From assembly GCA_002753565.1 (NCBI GenBank), contig PEAM01000014.1:12858-76857 (forward strand): a stretch of DNA of 64,000 nt, read 5' to 3'. This DNA is from Magnetococcales bacterium. GTDB taxonomy: Bacteria; Pseudomonadota; Magnetococcia; Magnetococcales; JADFYX01. Positions within the stretch are counted from its first letter, which is position 1. Each line of letters starts with the position of its first letter. This document shows positions 10,015 to 20,803 of this stretch, in pieces. Below the pieces are notes generated by a model. That model did no database searches and was not told the DNA's origin. It saw nothing but the letters and a program-made list of their open reading frames with translations. A program made the position numbers and the translations under genes.

Positions 10015-10788
10015 ATGATTATGCCTCAAGAATCCCCCATCGTCGAGCCTGTCCCGGTCCTGGGAGACAACTATATCTGGATGTTTGCCAGCGAAGAGAA
10101 CCACTATGTTGCCGTCGATCCGGGTACATCCGATGAGGTTATCCAGTGGTTGGACGACCGAGAGGGGCGACTGTCTCACATTCTGCTCACCCACCACCAT
10201 GCCGACCATATCGGCGGTGTGGCCGCCCTCCAAAAAAAATACAACCCGCAGACTATCGGCTTTCACGGTGACGCCAGCCGCCTGCCCGCTCTTGATCGGA
10301 CTGTTCAAGAGGGAGACACCCTCAACCTGGGCCATTCCATGGCCCAGGTTCTGGAGACACCGGGTCACACCTTGGGCCATGTGGTCTATAAGGTAGGAGA
10401 TGCGCTCTTTTCCGGGGACACCCTTTTTAGCCTGGGGTGTGGGCGGCTTTTTGAAGGGACAGCCGAGATGATGTGGAATAGCCTCAACAAGCTTCTCTCC
10501 CTGCCGGATGAGACCCGACTGTTTTGTGCCCACGAATACACCCTGACCAACCATGGATTTGCCCTATCCTTGGAGCCAGAAAACCCGGACTTGCTGGCTA
10601 TGCAGGGGAAGTTGATGAAAAAAAACGACCAGAACCAACCCACCCTGCCCACCACCCTGGCTGAGGAGAAGAGAGTCAACCCCTTTCTGCGCTGTTCCGA
10701 CCAGAGCCTGATCACCCATTTGGGGCTGGAAAAGAAAAATCCGATCGAACGGTTTGCTCAAATCCGCCGGTGGCGTAATGACTATTAA
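10015..10788 (+). CDS. gloB: Hydroxyacylglutathione hydrolase (glyoxalase II)
   Basis: 257 aa. Metallo-beta-lactamase motif THHHADHIGG. The C-terminal HAGH domain ends in NPFLR. Confidence 0.92.
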   Translation: MIMPQESPIVEPVPVLGDNYIWMFASEENHYVAVDPGTSDEVIQWLDDREGRLSHILLTHHHADHIGGVAALQKKYNPQTIGFHGDASRLPALDRTVQEGDTLNLGHSMAQVLETPGHTLGHVVYKVGDALFSGDTLFSLGCGRLFEGTAEMMWNSLNKLLSLPDETRLFCAHEYTLTNHGFALSLEPENPDLLAMQGKLMKKNDQNQPTLPTTLAEEKRVNPFLRCSDQSLITHLGLEKKNPIERFAQIRRWRNDY

Positions 10789-11573
10789 ACCAGAACGCCG
10801 ACCGCCACCGCCAGCACCGAAAACAGCAAAACCGCCCCATCCCGCCAACCCAAACGGCTGGCAAGAGGTGGCAGGGGCAATAGACCGTGTGAGATCCCCC
10901 TCAACCGTAACGCCTCCTCCTGGGCATGGGCGCTATGGAGCAGACGGAACAGCAAGGCCTCCCCTGCCAACGCCATGCGATGAAGCCTCTGCACCACCCC
11001 TTGCTGCCCAGGGTGACCCAAGCGGCAGGCCAGATCATCCTTGATTCGACCCGCCTCGTGCAGAAGCAATGGAATCCGACCCAACGTATAGGCCAGAAGC
11101 GAAAGGCCCCGGTGCCAGGGAACGATTTGATCTAAAAAACCCAACAACCTTCCCAGCCCGGCAACCAGTTGGGTTGCGGGGGTGGTTTGAATCAAGATCC
11201 AAGCAAGGCAAACCATAAGAATCAGTCGGGTAGAGTAGACAAGACCAGCCAGCAGACCTTCCCGACTGATCCCCTGAACAGCTGGCCAGAGAGGCTCGCC
11301 CGGTGTGAGAACACCATGAAAAACCACCAGGACGATAAACAACCACTTAAGCCGCCATAGCTGTCTAAAAAGGTAAGATAGATCCATTTTGGCAGCAACG
11401 GTAGCAACCAAAACCACCAGAATAGCCACCCAACCACCTGGGGTTGTCACGGGGCGGGTCAGAAGCAGAGGAGCCAACAGGAAAAAAGCCACAAGCTTGG
11501 TTCGTGGATCACACCGCACCAAAAAAGGGTCAACCTTTGGGCTTTTTGTCAAATTGGGAGAGATCCTCCTCAT
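10785..11573 (-). CDS. CbiQ/EcfT-family transporter transmembrane component
   Basis: Multi-TM protein with DPRTKL near the N-terminus and the conserved R/A-rich cytoplasmic loop (LLHEAGRIKDDLACRLG). The ORF extends to 11663 but overlaps the upstream gene; ATG 11573 or TTG 11552 is the more likely start. There is no adjacent ATPase gene. Confidence 0.65.
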   Translation of the reverse strand: MRRISPNLTKSPKVDPFLVRCDPRTKLVAFFLLAPLLLTRPVTTPGGWVAILVVLVATVAAKMDLSYLFRQLWRLKWLFIVLVVFHGVLTPGEPLWPAVQGISREGLLAGLVYSTRLILMVCLAWILIQTTPATQLVAGLGRLLGFLDQIVPWHRGLSLLAYTLGRIPLLLHEAGRIKDDLACRLGHPGQQGVVQRLHRMALAGEALLFRLLHSAHAQEEALRLRGISHGLLPLPPLASRLGWRDGAVLLFSVLAVAVGVLV

Positions 11574-12816
11574 CCAATATCTGCTCCAAATAGTCCATGA
11601 CCGACGCCATGGATCGCTCTTCAATCCTTTCGGTTTTTTCTTCCCCCGCATCATCAGCCGCAACCGGGCTCTCTTTCTCTCCAGCCAAAAAACCGCTCTC
11701 CACCTTCAAGGCATTTTGAGCAGCAGCCTCCTCCTCTGCCAAGACCGGATCATCCACCTCCAGAGGCTCCCACCCCTCCTCATCCGCCTCTCCTGAGGAA
11801 GAGGAGTCTCTTTTTATCGCTACCTCTGAATCCAGATCAGCCTCAACAGCTGTCAGATCAACCTCATCCAAAGAGGGTTCTGCCTCAAAAGCCTCTTCGT
11901 CTTCGTCATCCTCCTCGAAAGCCGGCACCACATACTCCACCTCTTCCACGGTTGGCACCTCCAGAATCGGCGGCATGGTCTCCTCTTCCACGTCATCCTC
12001 AGAGAGAGCCATTTCAGGGGCCATGGAACCAACCTCTTGATCCACCTCAGACTCCATGGACTCACCAGGGGCAGGCGCCCCCGCAGGTACAATCGGGCTG
12101 GCCTCCTGCCGAGCAGAGGGTTCGGCACCCCCTCGCTCCTTTTGGCGCCACCAGATCCAGAAAACCAGCCCGACAAGCAGGCTGGCCAATAGTACCAGGA
12201 TTCTGGAAAGCATGTTTTTTTTCTGGTCAATAGGATCAGCAGGAGCAGGAGCAGGAGCAGGATGTTTGGCAACCGGGATCTCTTTTTCAACCACAACCGG
12301 ACGGTCGATCTTTTTAACCTGATCCACCACCTCACCAGAGAGCACCCTGCTTGGCGTAGAGGGAGGGTGCCCCTTTTCATTGTTTGAGGTAGCTTCTACC
12401 GGAGGGGTGGCGTCAAGATGGACGGGAAAATTTCTGTACAGAGAGCGATCGTTCAGGTCAATACGAACCAACAGGGTGAAAAAATCTTGATTAGAAGGGG
12501 GCTTTCCGGTGAAGATAAGTAACCGCTCCCCCTCTTCCCCTATCATCAGGCCATCGATCTCATCCGTCGGCTCAGGCTCATATTCTGTTTGACTGCCGCT
12601 GGTGGCCCATATCTCTTGAATCTGCTCTCCTTCAGCCAACGCAACCGGAATCTCCGCATGGAACATACGGCTGTCATGGCTGACAACCCGTAGCTGACCC
12701 AGGGTCAAGGTCCATCCCAATTCAGGATAACCAAGCCCCGCCAACAATCCCATTACGACAAAGGCAAAGTTTTTCACTCTACTGGTCACCATGTGCTTTT
12801 TCTCCATCCTTTTCAT
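11530..12816 (-). CDS. FimV-N-terminal-domain protein (paralog 2), single TM, highly acidic C-terminal half, no LysM
   Basis: Signal/anchor sequence, then a FimV N-domain-like segment (LTLGQLRVVSHDSRMFHAEIPV ... LYRNFPVHLD). PAPAPA linker, TM (ILVLLASLLVGLVFWIWW), then a D/E-rich tail. The start overlaps the upstream stop by 4 nt. Confidence 0.7.
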   Translation of the reverse strand: MKRMEKKHMVTSRVKNFAFVVMGLLAGLGYPELGWTLTLGQLRVVSHDSRMFHAEIPVALAEGEQIQEIWATSGSQTEYEPEPTDEIDGLMIGEEGERLLIFTGKPPSNQDFFTLLVRIDLNDRSLYRNFPVHLDATPPVEATSNNEKGHPPSTPSRVLSGEVVDQVKKIDRPVVVEKEIPVAKHPAPAPAPADPIDQKKNMLSRILVLLASLLVGLVFWIWWRQKERGGAEPSARQEASPIVPAGAPAPGESMESEVDQEVGSMAPEMALSEDDVEEETMPPILEVPTVEEVEYVVPAFEEDDEDEEAFEAEPSLDEVDLTAVEADLDSEVAIKRDSSSSGEADEEGWEPLEVDDPVLAEEEAAAQNALKVESGFLAGEKESPVAADDAGEEKTERIEERSMASVMDYLEQILDEEDLSQFDKKPKG

Positions 12817-14969
12817 CTCTTCGGGTTGTTAGCCTCTTCCAAGTCAAATTCAATCTCCAACACCAACCCGTTGTCATCCTCTTTGGCCGGTTTTCGAGGA
12901 GGCGGCGCCACAAAAAGCGGCTCCTCTTCCAGATCCAGATCAATCTCCAATATCGGCCCCTCATCCTCCCGGCTTGGGGGTAAAGAGGGAGCAGGGGTCT
13001 CTGGCCCTTCCTGTTGGTCAATCGGCGTGAAAGAGATGGTCTCCAACAGGCTGGAATCCTCTGACAACGGCTTGGTTGGAGGGCTTTTCAACGGCTTTTC
13101 AACCGGAATAAACTCAATGGTGTCGATGGATGCATCCTCTGAGCTCTCACTCTCCATCGGTGCCGATACGTCAGGCCTCTGTTGGGGGGGGGCAGAGGGA
13201 ACAATATCTTCCGTGGTGGCCGTCAACACCTCCTCCTCTTCTTCTGGCTCTGGCTCCTGCTCACTCTCTTCAGGCAAGGAGGGAGAAGACCGCAGCGCTT
13301 CACGCTCATCATCCTCATCCTCTTTTTCTTCCACCTCTTCCCAACCCTTGGGGTCATCCGATGGCGTCGGCTCCTCTGTCGGCACGTCCGCCAAGGGGGC
13401 ATTGGTCAGTGGTGCCCCTGAGGGCTTCTCGCCCCCAGGCTCTGAGGGGTTGGTCTCCAGGCTGTTCATGTCCAACATGGCACCTGCTTGGCTGTCGGTC
13501 ACCCATTCGCTCTTTGGCTTGGGTTTACGCAACCAGAACAACAGACCAACCAACACCGCAACCAATCCTCCTCCGGCCAAAGGATAGAGCAGGCCATTAT
13601 CACGCTCTTTCTCGGCTACAGCTTTTTTGGCGGGAGCCTCGTCCATCAGGCGCGACTCCAGTTTGGTCAGCCGCTTTTCCAACCCTGCCCGCTGCTTTTC
13701 GCTGCTGGCCAGATGGGTGGAAAACTGGTTGAGTTGAACCGCCAACGCATCAACCTGGCCACTCAATTGGCTCACCTGCCCGGTGACCGCAACCCACGCA
13801 TTCAAATCAGGATCGCCCCCCTTGTTCTCAACCGCCTCAACCGGCACAACCTCTTGTTCATCAGCCGCTTGCGGCATGGTATCACCAGGGGTCAAGATAA
13901 GGTCCATGGCGACCTCAGGTTGCTGTTTGGCCTGCTCAGGCGGTTTGGAGGCAGGTTTTTGGGCTACGTTTTTTTTCGGCGCTGTTACAGGAACCTCCGC
14001 TTTGCCCCCCTTCTGGGTCAGCTGTTGCCATTTACTCCATTGGTGTTTGAACTCATTGGAGGCCTGTGTAGGGCTGAGAGCGGCAATCTCTGCGGCAGAA
14101 GGGACTGTTAAGATGGTACCGGACTGCAGGCCACTCATATTATTTTCCAGGAAGCTGCTCTTGTTTTTCTTCCAGAGAGCCACCGCAATCTGGGCAATAC
14201 TCCAGTCACTGTTTCCCTGAATGTTGCGGGCGATGCTGGTCAAGGTCTCAACCTCACCAACCGGTCCGTAGCTCTCAACCCCCTCTTGTTCTGCTACAGA
14301 GGGAGGCGGCAGTGCCTGTTTTGCCAACGAGGTGCGCTGTATGGTGGATGAGGGTAGAGAGTTGACCTGGTCAGAGACCAAAGGGGCATCTTGGGGCACC
14401 ACTTCGACCACCTCGGTAGGGAGAGATTCAGCAATACGGGAGGTCGGACGGTCAATAACGGGGGTCTTGGAAAAACCACGGGGGGAGGAAGCAAGGGAGG
14501 AACCTGAAAGAGCTGACGATGGGCTGCTCTTTTTAAAACCTGCCAGAGGTGTGACCGCTTTTTTTTCTGGGAGAATATTCAGAAAGACAGGAAAATTGCG
14601 AAAATAGGAGCCTCGACCAACCGAGGTTTTAAGCAATAGATTAAAAAACGGCTCCCGGAAAGGGGCAGAACTGACGATCCGAATCTTGCGGTTGGCTCCC
14701 ACTCCAATCACCTCAAGAGAGAGTGAGGAGACAGCCAAAAGGCGCTCCAGTTCCAAAACCCGGTAGTCGGTCGGCATACCCAACGTTACCTTAACCCCTT
14801 GGGAGACCTCATCGGCCCTTAAGGTCATGGGCACCTCTGCCAGGAACGCTTCCCCCAGTTGACTGTCAACCTTGAGTTCACCCAAAGAGAGAGCATGGGC
14901 CGATAAAGGTGCCGACATCATCAGCGACAGACTGAGCAACGCTCCTTTGGAACCGTGTTTCCAATCCAT
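12813..14969 (-). CDS. FimV/HubP-like protein (paralog 1) with FimV N-domain, LysM-like domain, coiled coil, TM and acidic tail
   Basis: ALSLGELKVDSQLGEAFLAEVPM ... REPFFNLLLKTSVGRGSYFRNFPVFLN (FimV N-domain). YGPVGEVETLTSIARNI...LQSGTILTVPS (LysM-like). It sits directly after asd, as fimV does in gammaproteobacteria. Confidence 0.8.
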   Translation of the reverse strand: MDWKHGSKGALLSLSLMMSAPLSAHALSLGELKVDSQLGEAFLAEVPMTLRADEVSQGVKVTLGMPTDYRVLELERLLAVSSLSLEVIGVGANRKIRIVSSAPFREPFFNLLLKTSVGRGSYFRNFPVFLNILPEKKAVTPLAGFKKSSPSSALSGSSLASSPRGFSKTPVIDRPTSRIAESLPTEVVEVVPQDAPLVSDQVNSLPSSTIQRTSLAKQALPPPSVAEQEGVESYGPVGEVETLTSIARNIQGNSDWSIAQIAVALWKKNKSSFLENNMSGLQSGTILTVPSAAEIAALSPTQASNEFKHQWSKWQQLTQKGGKAEVPVTAPKKNVAQKPASKPPEQAKQQPEVAMDLILTPGDTMPQAADEQEVVPVEAVENKGGDPDLNAWVAVTGQVSQLSGQVDALAVQLNQFSTHLASSEKQRAGLEKRLTKLESRLMDEAPAKKAVAEKERDNGLLYPLAGGGLVAVLVGLLFWLRKPKPKSEWVTDSQAGAMLDMNSLETNPSEPGGEKPSGAPLTNAPLADVPTEEPTPSDDPKGWEEVEEKEDEDDEREALRSSPSLPEESEQEPEPEEEEEVLTATTEDIVPSAPPQQRPDVSAPMESESSEDASIDTIEFIPVEKPLKSPPTKPLSEDSSLLETISFTPIDQQEGPETPAPSLPPSREDEGPILEIDLDLEEEPLFVAPPPRKPAKEDDNGLVLEIEFDLEEANNPKR

Positions 14970-15134
14970 TCGTAAGACCCGCCTTTTGAATGTGCCATTC
15001 TAATAGTAATAGATAAACAAAAGAGAGCCAAAGCAAGAATCACACCCAATCAACAAAACCTCCATAAAAAACAAATACCCCCCGAAGAAAAAGGCTCTTC
15101 GGAGGGTAGGAGAAAAACCAGAGGCTACACCAAC

Positions 15135-16154
15135 CTATTTCAGATGGTCTTGAATCAGGACTTCTGCAATCTGCACCGCATTCAGTGCCGCTCCCTTGCG
15201 CAGGTTATCGGAGACCACCCACATCTGCAAACCGTTGTCACAACTCTCATCTTCCCGAATCCGGGAGACAAAGGTGGCATCCTTGCCCGCCGCCTCACGG
15301 GGGGTAATATAGGTTAAGGTTTTAGGGTCGTCCACCACCTCCACACCCGGTGCTTTAGCCAGCAGGGCACGAGCTTCGTCGGGGGTGATTTTCTTTTCTG
15401 TCTCAATGGTCACCGCCTCAGCATGGCTGTTATAGACCGGCACTCGTACCGTGGTCGCTGTCACCCGAATGGCGGAATCGATGATTTTTTTGGTCTCATT
15501 GACCATCTTCATCTCTTCCTTGGTGTAGCCGTTATCCAGGAAGGAATCGATTTGAGGAATGACGTTGAAGGCGATCTCCTTGGTAAATTTTTTCGGAGGC
15601 ACCTCCATTCCGGTCCCAAACGTAGCCCGGCTCTGCTCAAACAGCTCTTCCATGGCCTCTTTTCCCGCCCCCGATACCGCCTGATAGGTGGAGACCACAA
15701 TCCGCTTGATGGTCGCCACATCATGGATCGGCTTCAGGGCTACCACCATCTGGATGGTTGAGCAGTTGGGGTTGGCAATAATACCCCGTTTGCCATAGTC
15801 AGCAATCGCCTCTGGGTTGACTTCAGGCACAACCAGGGGAATATCCGGGTCCATGCGAAAATGGGAGGTGTTATCCACCACCACACACCCGGCCGCCGCG
15901 GCAATCGGGGCATACTTGGCCGAGACCGAGCCTCCTGGTGAAAAGAGACCGATATCGACCCCTTTAAAATCAAATGTTTCCAAATCCTGCACAACCAGAT
16001 CCTTCCCCTTGAAGGGGATGACCGACCCGGCTGTCCGGCTGGAGGCTACCGCATAGACCTTATCGACAGGAAAATCCCGCTCAGCCAAAATAGTAAGAAT
16101 CTCCCGGCCCACATTCCCGCTGGCACCCACCACCGCCACATTATACTTTTTCAT
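15135..16154 (-). CDS. asd: Aspartate-semialdehyde dehydrogenase
   Basis: 339 aa. MKKYNVAVVGASGNVG Rossmann start. Active-site region IIANPNCSTIQMV. Confidence 0.95.
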   Translation of the reverse strand: MKKYNVAVVGASGNVGREILTILAERDFPVDKVYAVASSRTAGSVIPFKGKDLVVQDLETFDFKGVDIGLFSPGGSVSAKYAPIAAAAGCVVVDNTSHFRMDPDIPLVVPEVNPEAIADYGKRGIIANPNCSTIQMVVALKPIHDVATIKRIVVSTYQAVSGAGKEAMEELFEQSRATFGTGMEVPPKKFTKEIAFNVIPQIDSFLDNGYTKEEMKMVNETKKIIDSAIRVTATTVRVPVYNSHAEAVTIETEKKITPDEARALLAKAPGVEVVDDPKTLTYITPREAAGKDATFVSRIREDESCDNGLQMWVVSDNLRKGAALNAVQIAEVLIQDHLK

Positions 16155-16192
16155 TCCATCTCTCCGACGCTAAAAAACCAACAAAATTTAAC

Positions 16193-17266
16193 TTAGGATA
16201 ACGCAGCCACAACCGCATCACCCATCGCAGCCGTACCAATCGTGGGTTCACCTGCCATGGCAATATCGGCTGTACGCAGACCCTGATCCAGAACGGCACT
16301 CACCGCCTCCTCCACCATCTGGGCCTCTTGAGGCATATCCAGTGAGTGGCGGAACATCATGGCAACCGACAAAATGGTCGCCAGAGGGTTGGCCAGCCCT
16401 TTGCCGGCAATGTCCGGGGCCGAGCCGTGAATGGGCTCATAGAGGGCGCATTTGTCTCCCAACGAAGCCGACTGCAACATGCCGATGGAGCCGGTCAACA
16501 TGCTGGCTGCATCCGAGAGGATATCGCCAAACATATTGGTGGTCACGATGACATCAAACTGCTTGGGGTTGCGAATCAACTGCATGGCGGCATTATCCAC
16601 ATACATATGGGACAGCTCAATATCTGGGTAACTCTTCGCATGTACCTCGGTCACCACTTGGCGCCACAACTCGGTACACTCCAACACATTGGCCTTATCC
16701 ACCGAACAGACCCGTTTTTGGCGTTTACGGGCGGTTTCAAAAGCCCGAACCGCAATACGCTCAATCTCGCTGGTGGTGTAGGTTAAGGTGTTGAACCCCC
16801 TTCTCTGCCCATTGGGCAGGGTTTCAATCCCCTTGGGTTCGCCAAAATAGATCCCCGATGACAGCTCCCGGACCACCATGATATCGATACCGCTCACCAC
16901 CTCTTTTTTCAGGGTAGAGGCGTCCGCCAACTGCGGGTATACCTTGGCCGGACGCAGGTTGCAATAGAGACCCAGCTCTTTGCGAATCCCCAACAGCCCC
17001 CGTTCCGGGCGAACGCTGTAGTCCAGCGATTCCCACTGGGTACCACCAACAGCCCCCAACAAAACCGCATGAGCCTCCTTGCCTTGAATAACCGTCTCTT
17101 CCGGCAGAGGGGTGCCGGTTAAATCGTAGGCGGTACCACCGATCAGACCCTCCACTATGTTAAGGTCAACCCGTTTTCCCGCCCAAGCCAACACCTTCCG
17201 GGCCTCGGCAATGATCTCCTGACCGATACCGTCACCAGGCAATACCAAAATTGTCTTCGTACTCAT
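16193..17266 (-). CDS. leuB: 3-isopropylmalate dehydrogenase
   Basis: 357 aa. [13 protein letters not shown] start. [17 protein letters not shown] and NMFGDILSD motifs. Confidence 0.95.
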   Translation of the reverse strand: MSTKTILVLPGDGIGQEIIAEARKVLAWAGKRVDLNIVEGLIGGTAYDLTGTPLPEETVIQGKEAHAVLLGAVGGTQWESLDYSVRPERGLLGIRKELGLYCNLRPAKVYPQLADASTLKKEVVSGIDIMVVRELSSGIYFGEPKGIETLPNGQRRGFNTLTYTTSEIERIAVRAFETARKRQKRVCSVDKANVLECTELWRQVVTEVHAKSYPDIELSHMYVDNAAMQLIRNPKQFDVIVTTNMFGDILSDAASMLTGSIGMLQSASLGDKCALYEPIHGSAPDIAGKGLANPLATILSVAMMFRHSLDMPQEAQMVEEAVSAVLDQGLRTADIAMAGEPTIGTAAMGDAVVAALS

Positions 17267-17290
17267 GATGCGAAATACTCCTAAAAATTT

Positions 17291-17932
17291 CTAATCTAAA
17301 AAGGCCCAAGGGGTACTCTGACGCCGCTCGGCTTCAAACCGTTCGATATCCGGCAGATGCCGCAGGGTCAAACCGATATCATCCAGACCGTTCAGCAGAC
17401 AGTAACGGCGGAACGCATCCACCTTGAAAGGGGTCACCTCCCCACTTGGAGAGGTGATGGTCTGGCTCTCCAAATCGACAGATAGCTTATAGCCCTCACG
17501 CGTTTCTGTCTCCCTAAAAAAACCATCGACAACAGCACTCTCCAAAGCGATGGGTAAAATGCCATTTTTAAAACAGTTGTTAAAGAAGATATCGGCAAAG
17601 CTCGGCGCGATGACAACCCGAAAACCATAATCCAACAAGGCCCACGGTGCATGCTCCCGGCTTGAGCCACAACCAAAATTTTCCCGTGCCAGCAAGATAC
17701 CCGCCCCGTGATAGCGGGGCTGATTGAGAATAAAGGTGTCGTTCAGGGGGCGCCCTTCGCAGGACTGACCCGGCTGGCCCTGATCCAGATAGCGCCACTC
17801 ATCGAACAGATTGGGGCCAAATCCACTACGCTGAATCGACTTTAAAAATTGTTTGGGAATAATGGCATCCGTATCCACATTGGCCCGGTCCATGGGTGCA
17901 ACTATCGCTGTTAATTTAACAAAAGGTTCCAT
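17291..17932 (-). CDS. leuD: 3-isopropylmalate dehydratase small subunit
   Basis: 213 aa. [14 protein letters not shown] and [15 protein letters not shown] motifs. Confidence 0.95.
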   Translation of the reverse strand: MEPFVKLTAIVAPMDRANVDTDAIIPKQFLKSIQRSGFGPNLFDEWRYLDQGQPGQSCEGRPLNDTFILNQPRYHGAGILLARENFGCGSSREHAPWALLDYGFRVVIAPSFADIFFNNCFKNGILPIALESAVVDGFFRETETREGYKLSVDLESQTITSPSGEVTPFKVDAFRRYCLLNGLDDIGLTLRHLPDIERFEAERRQSTPWAFLD

Positions 17933-17957
17933 TTTTTCAATATCCTTACCCGCTGAA

Positions 17958-18629
17958 TCAACCCATTATCGAGTCAACAAATCCACCTTTGCCACGCCCC
18001 TTGACCACCATTCTAAAGATCTGGGCAAAATCCCCATCCACCGACTCCTGAACCGACTGTTCCGCCAGCACACGGTCACGCCACCGGCTGAGTCGAGGAA
18101 ACTCTTCCGGCTGGTAGAAGGGGGTCACCCCATAGAGGTGTTGCATACGCAAAAACAGAGGAGCATAAGCCACATCCACCAGAGAGAGGGCCGAACCGGA
18201 GAAAAGCGGACCTTGCTCATCGACCAATGTCTCCAGCCAACGCAGTTTTTTCAACACTCCATCCCGAGTCTGGTTGAACGCTTCCTGGTTGGGTGCGGCA
18301 ATCAGCCCGGCAAAATTCATCTGACACTCCCCGGCAAATTCAATCAAACCCCGATATGTTGCCCGGGTAAGAGGATTATCCGGCAGCAGCCCCCCAGAGG
18401 CTCTCTCATTGAGATATTCACAGATGACCGAAGAGTCAAACAGTACCGTTGACTCACCAACCCGTAAAAGGGGAATCTGCCCCATGGGCGAGACTTCCAT
18501 CATCCAGGCCGGTTTATCCATGGGGTTGATCAGGGTCTTGGTAAACTCAAGCCCCAGTCGATTAAGCACAATCAAGGTACGCTGCGCAAAAGGGCAGGCC
18601 TTGAAATAGATCAGTTCCAGACGCATCAA
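17958..18629 (-). CDS. Glutathione S-transferase family protein inserted between leuC and leuD
   Basis: Thioredoxin-like GST N-domain ([17 protein letters not shown] ... [23 protein letters not shown]) plus a helical C-domain. Confidence 0.8.
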   Translation of the reverse strand: MMRLELIYFKACPFAQRTLIVLNRLGLEFTKTLINPMDKPAWMMEVSPMGQIPLLRVGESTVLFDSSVICEYLNERASGGLLPDNPLTRATYRGLIEFAGECQMNFAGLIAAPNQEAFNQTRDGVLKKLRWLETLVDEQGPLFSGSALSLVDVAYAPLFLRMQHLYGVTPFYQPEEFPRLSRWRDRVLAEQSVQESVDGDFAQIFRMVVKGRGKGGFVDSIMG

Positions 18630-18638
18630 ACAGCTCCC

Positions 18639-20045
18639 TTAAAAAGAACGAATATCGACAAATTTACCCGCAATCGCCGCCGCCGCCGCCATGGCTGGGC
18701 TAACCAGATGGGTCCGACCACCCGGACCCTGGCGACCCTCAAAGTTGCGGTTGGAGGTGGAGGCACACCGCTCCCCTGGGGAGAGCCTGTCATCGTTCAT
18801 CGCCAGACACATGGAACAGCCCGGATCACGCCACTCAAACCCCGCCTCGATAAAGAGTCTATCCAACCCCTCTTTCTCGGCCGCCGCCTTCACCAGCCCG
18901 GTACCGGGAACCACCATGGCCAATTTGACATTTTTTGCCACTTTACGGCCCTTGATGGTCTGGGCTGCCTCTCGCAAATCTTCCAGTCGACCATTGGTAC
19001 AAGAGCCGATAAAAACCTTGTCGATGGCAATATCCACCATGGGGGTTCCCGCCTTCAGATCCATATAGATCAACGCCTTCTCCATAGACCCCTTTCGAAC
19101 CGGATCAGGCTCTTGCGCTGGGTCGGGTACCTTGCCATCCACTGGCGCCATCATCTCGGGAGAGGTACCCCACGAGATCTGGGGAATAATATCCTTTGCC
19201 TGGATGTTGATCTCCCGATCAAAAACCGCCCCCTCATCCGAGCGCATGGTCCGCCAATAGGCTACCGCCTTCTCCCACGCCTCCCCTTTGGGGGCTAGGG
19301 GTTTATCTTTTAAAAAGTCGATGGTCTTATCGTCCACCCCAATCATTCCCGCTCTGGCGCCCCCCTCAATGGCCATATTGCAGACGGTCATCCGCCCCTC
19401 CATGGAGAGAGATTCGATGGTGGAGCCGGCAAACTCCACCACAGTGCCGTTTCCGCCTGCCGTACCAATTTGACCAATGATATAGAGCACCACATCCTTG
19501 GCGGTCACCCCAACACCCAGGGAACCATCCACACTGATCCGCAACGTTTCAGCCTTTTTTTGCGGCAGGGTCTGGGTTGCCAGCACATGCTCAACCTCCG
19601 ACGTACCAATGCCAAAGGCCAACGCCCCAAAAGCCCCATGGGTAGCCGTATGGGAATCCCCACAAACCACGGTAAATCCTGGCAAGGTCACCCCCTGTTC
19701 CGGGGCCATCACATGGACCACCCCCTGCCGGGGATCACCCAGAGCAAACTCCGTCACCCCAAAGTCGGCACAGTTTTTATCCAGAGTCTCCACCTGCAGC
19801 CTGGAGATCGGATCGGTAATACCCATCGCCATATTGGTAGTCGGAACATTATGATCCGGCACCGCAAAGGTGGCCTCCGGATGCCGCATCTTCCGCCCCG
19901 CCAACCGCAACCCTTCAAAAGCCTGGGGGCTGGTTACTTCGTGGACCAGATGTCGGTCGATATAGAGCAGAGCGGTACCATCCTCTTCGGTGCGGATGAC
20001 ATGGCTCTGCCAGATTTTTTCAAACAGTGTTTGTGCGCTCATCAC
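18639..20045 (-). CDS. leuC: 3-isopropylmalate dehydratase large subunit
   Basis: 468 aa. Aconitase-family motifs ([36 protein letters not shown]). Confidence 0.95.
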   Translation of the reverse strand: MMSAQTLFEKIWQSHVIRTEEDGTALLYIDRHLVHEVTSPQAFEGLRLAGRKMRHPEATFAVPDHNVPTTNMAMGITDPISRLQVETLDKNCADFGVTEFALGDPRQGVVHVMAPEQGVTLPGFTVVCGDSHTATHGAFGALAFGIGTSEVEHVLATQTLPQKKAETLRISVDGSLGVGVTAKDVVLYIIGQIGTAGGNGTVVEFAGSTIESLSMEGRMTVCNMAIEGGARAGMIGVDDKTIDFLKDKPLAPKGEAWEKAVAYWRTMRSDEGAVFDREINIQAKDIIPQISWGTSPEMMAPVDGKVPDPAQEPDPVRKGSMEKALIYMDLKAGTPMVDIAIDKVFIGSCTNGRLEDLREAAQTIKGRKVAKNVKLAMVVPGTGLVKAAAEKEGLDRLFIEAGFEWRDPGCSMCLAMNDDRLSPGERCASTSNRNFEGRQGPGGRTHLVSPAMAAAAAIAGKFVDIRSF

Positions 20046-20257
20046 TTTTTCTCCGCTAAAAACAGAGGGTCTACCCTAACCAACCCCCGATGATTCATTC
20101 ATTCCAGGTTCAACTCCAGACAACCTCTCAATCCGGGCTTAGAGAGAGGGATACCCCTTTTTAATCCCTTTAACAAACAAAAAAAGGGCCACCTATAGAG
20201 GAGAGCCAGACCCACCCTACTCCCCTTGATACAATCCTATGAGCCGTCAGGAACCGC

Positions 20258-20803
20258 TCACTTCTTCCCTTTGGCCCTTTTGCTCTTGCCACTTTTTTTG
20301 GCTGGAGTCATGGGGTAGGAGTCGGGTAGCTTAAACCGCTTTCGATACTGCTCCGGCTCCAGTTGGTGGGACCGTTTCAGGTGGGCTTTCAACAGCTTAT
20401 TGCTTTTTCCACAGATCAGGCAGATGAGAGCCTCTTGTTGAATAGAGTCCTCGATGGATAACACCGGAGTGTCGACACGCTGCTTACTCTTGGCAGGTTT
20501 TTCCCCCTGCTTGGCCTGGGCGGACTCTTTCGTATTGGGGGGTGGTTTCGGTTTTTGGGTTGGCTTGGCCTTTGGAGTTGGGGCGGGCTTGCTGATAAAA
20601 CGGGCGGAGGGTCGCTCCGACGACTCCCTTTCTACCGGGGATGGCAGGGACGGATCTGGGCCTTCATCCGGCCTCCTGTCAGGGGGCGCTTCCTGGGGCT
20701 GTTGGGATGCTTTCTGGTCAGAAGCCCTCTTATCCAGCATCATCTTCAGGGCAAATCCCCCAATAACGGCAAGTAAGGTTAGCAGTGCAAAAAATCCGTT
20801 CAT
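20258..20803 (-). CDS. Membrane-anchored protein with a C-terminal Ros/MucR-type zinc-finger domain
   Basis: N-terminal TM (FFALLTLLAVIGGFALKMML), Pro/Lys-rich linker, then CLICGKSNKLLKAHLKRSHQLEPEQYRKRFKLPDSYPM, matching the MucR C-x2-C...H-x4-H finger and its flanking YR..W/F.LP.DYPM motif. Confidence 0.6.
   Translation of the reverse strand: MNGFFALLTLLAVIGGFALKMMLDKRASDQKASQQPQEAPPDRRPDEGPDPSLPSPVERESSERPSARFISKPAPTPKAKPTQKPKPPPNTKESAQAKQGEKPAKSKQRVDTPVLSIEDSIQQEALICLICGKSNKLLKAHLKRSHQLEPEQYRKRFKLPDSYPMTPAKKSGKSKRAKGKK

Noticed and set aside
11574-11663. Upstream 30 codons of the CbiQ/EcfT-like ORF
   Set aside because: They overlap the 3' end of the FimV-like gene by more than 130 nt and encode a basic, non-membrane sequence. 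A start at 11573 or 11552 is more plausible.
12241-12264. (GCAGGA)4 microsatellite
   Set aside because: It lies in frame inside the FimV-like gene, where it encodes a PAPAPAPA linker. This is a coding low-complexity segment, not an independent repeat feature.
20046-20257. Possible leucine attenuator/leader peptide upstream of leuC
   Set aside because: The only short upstream ORF (MNESSGVG) has no Leu codons. I saw no terminator/antiterminator pair followed by a T-run.
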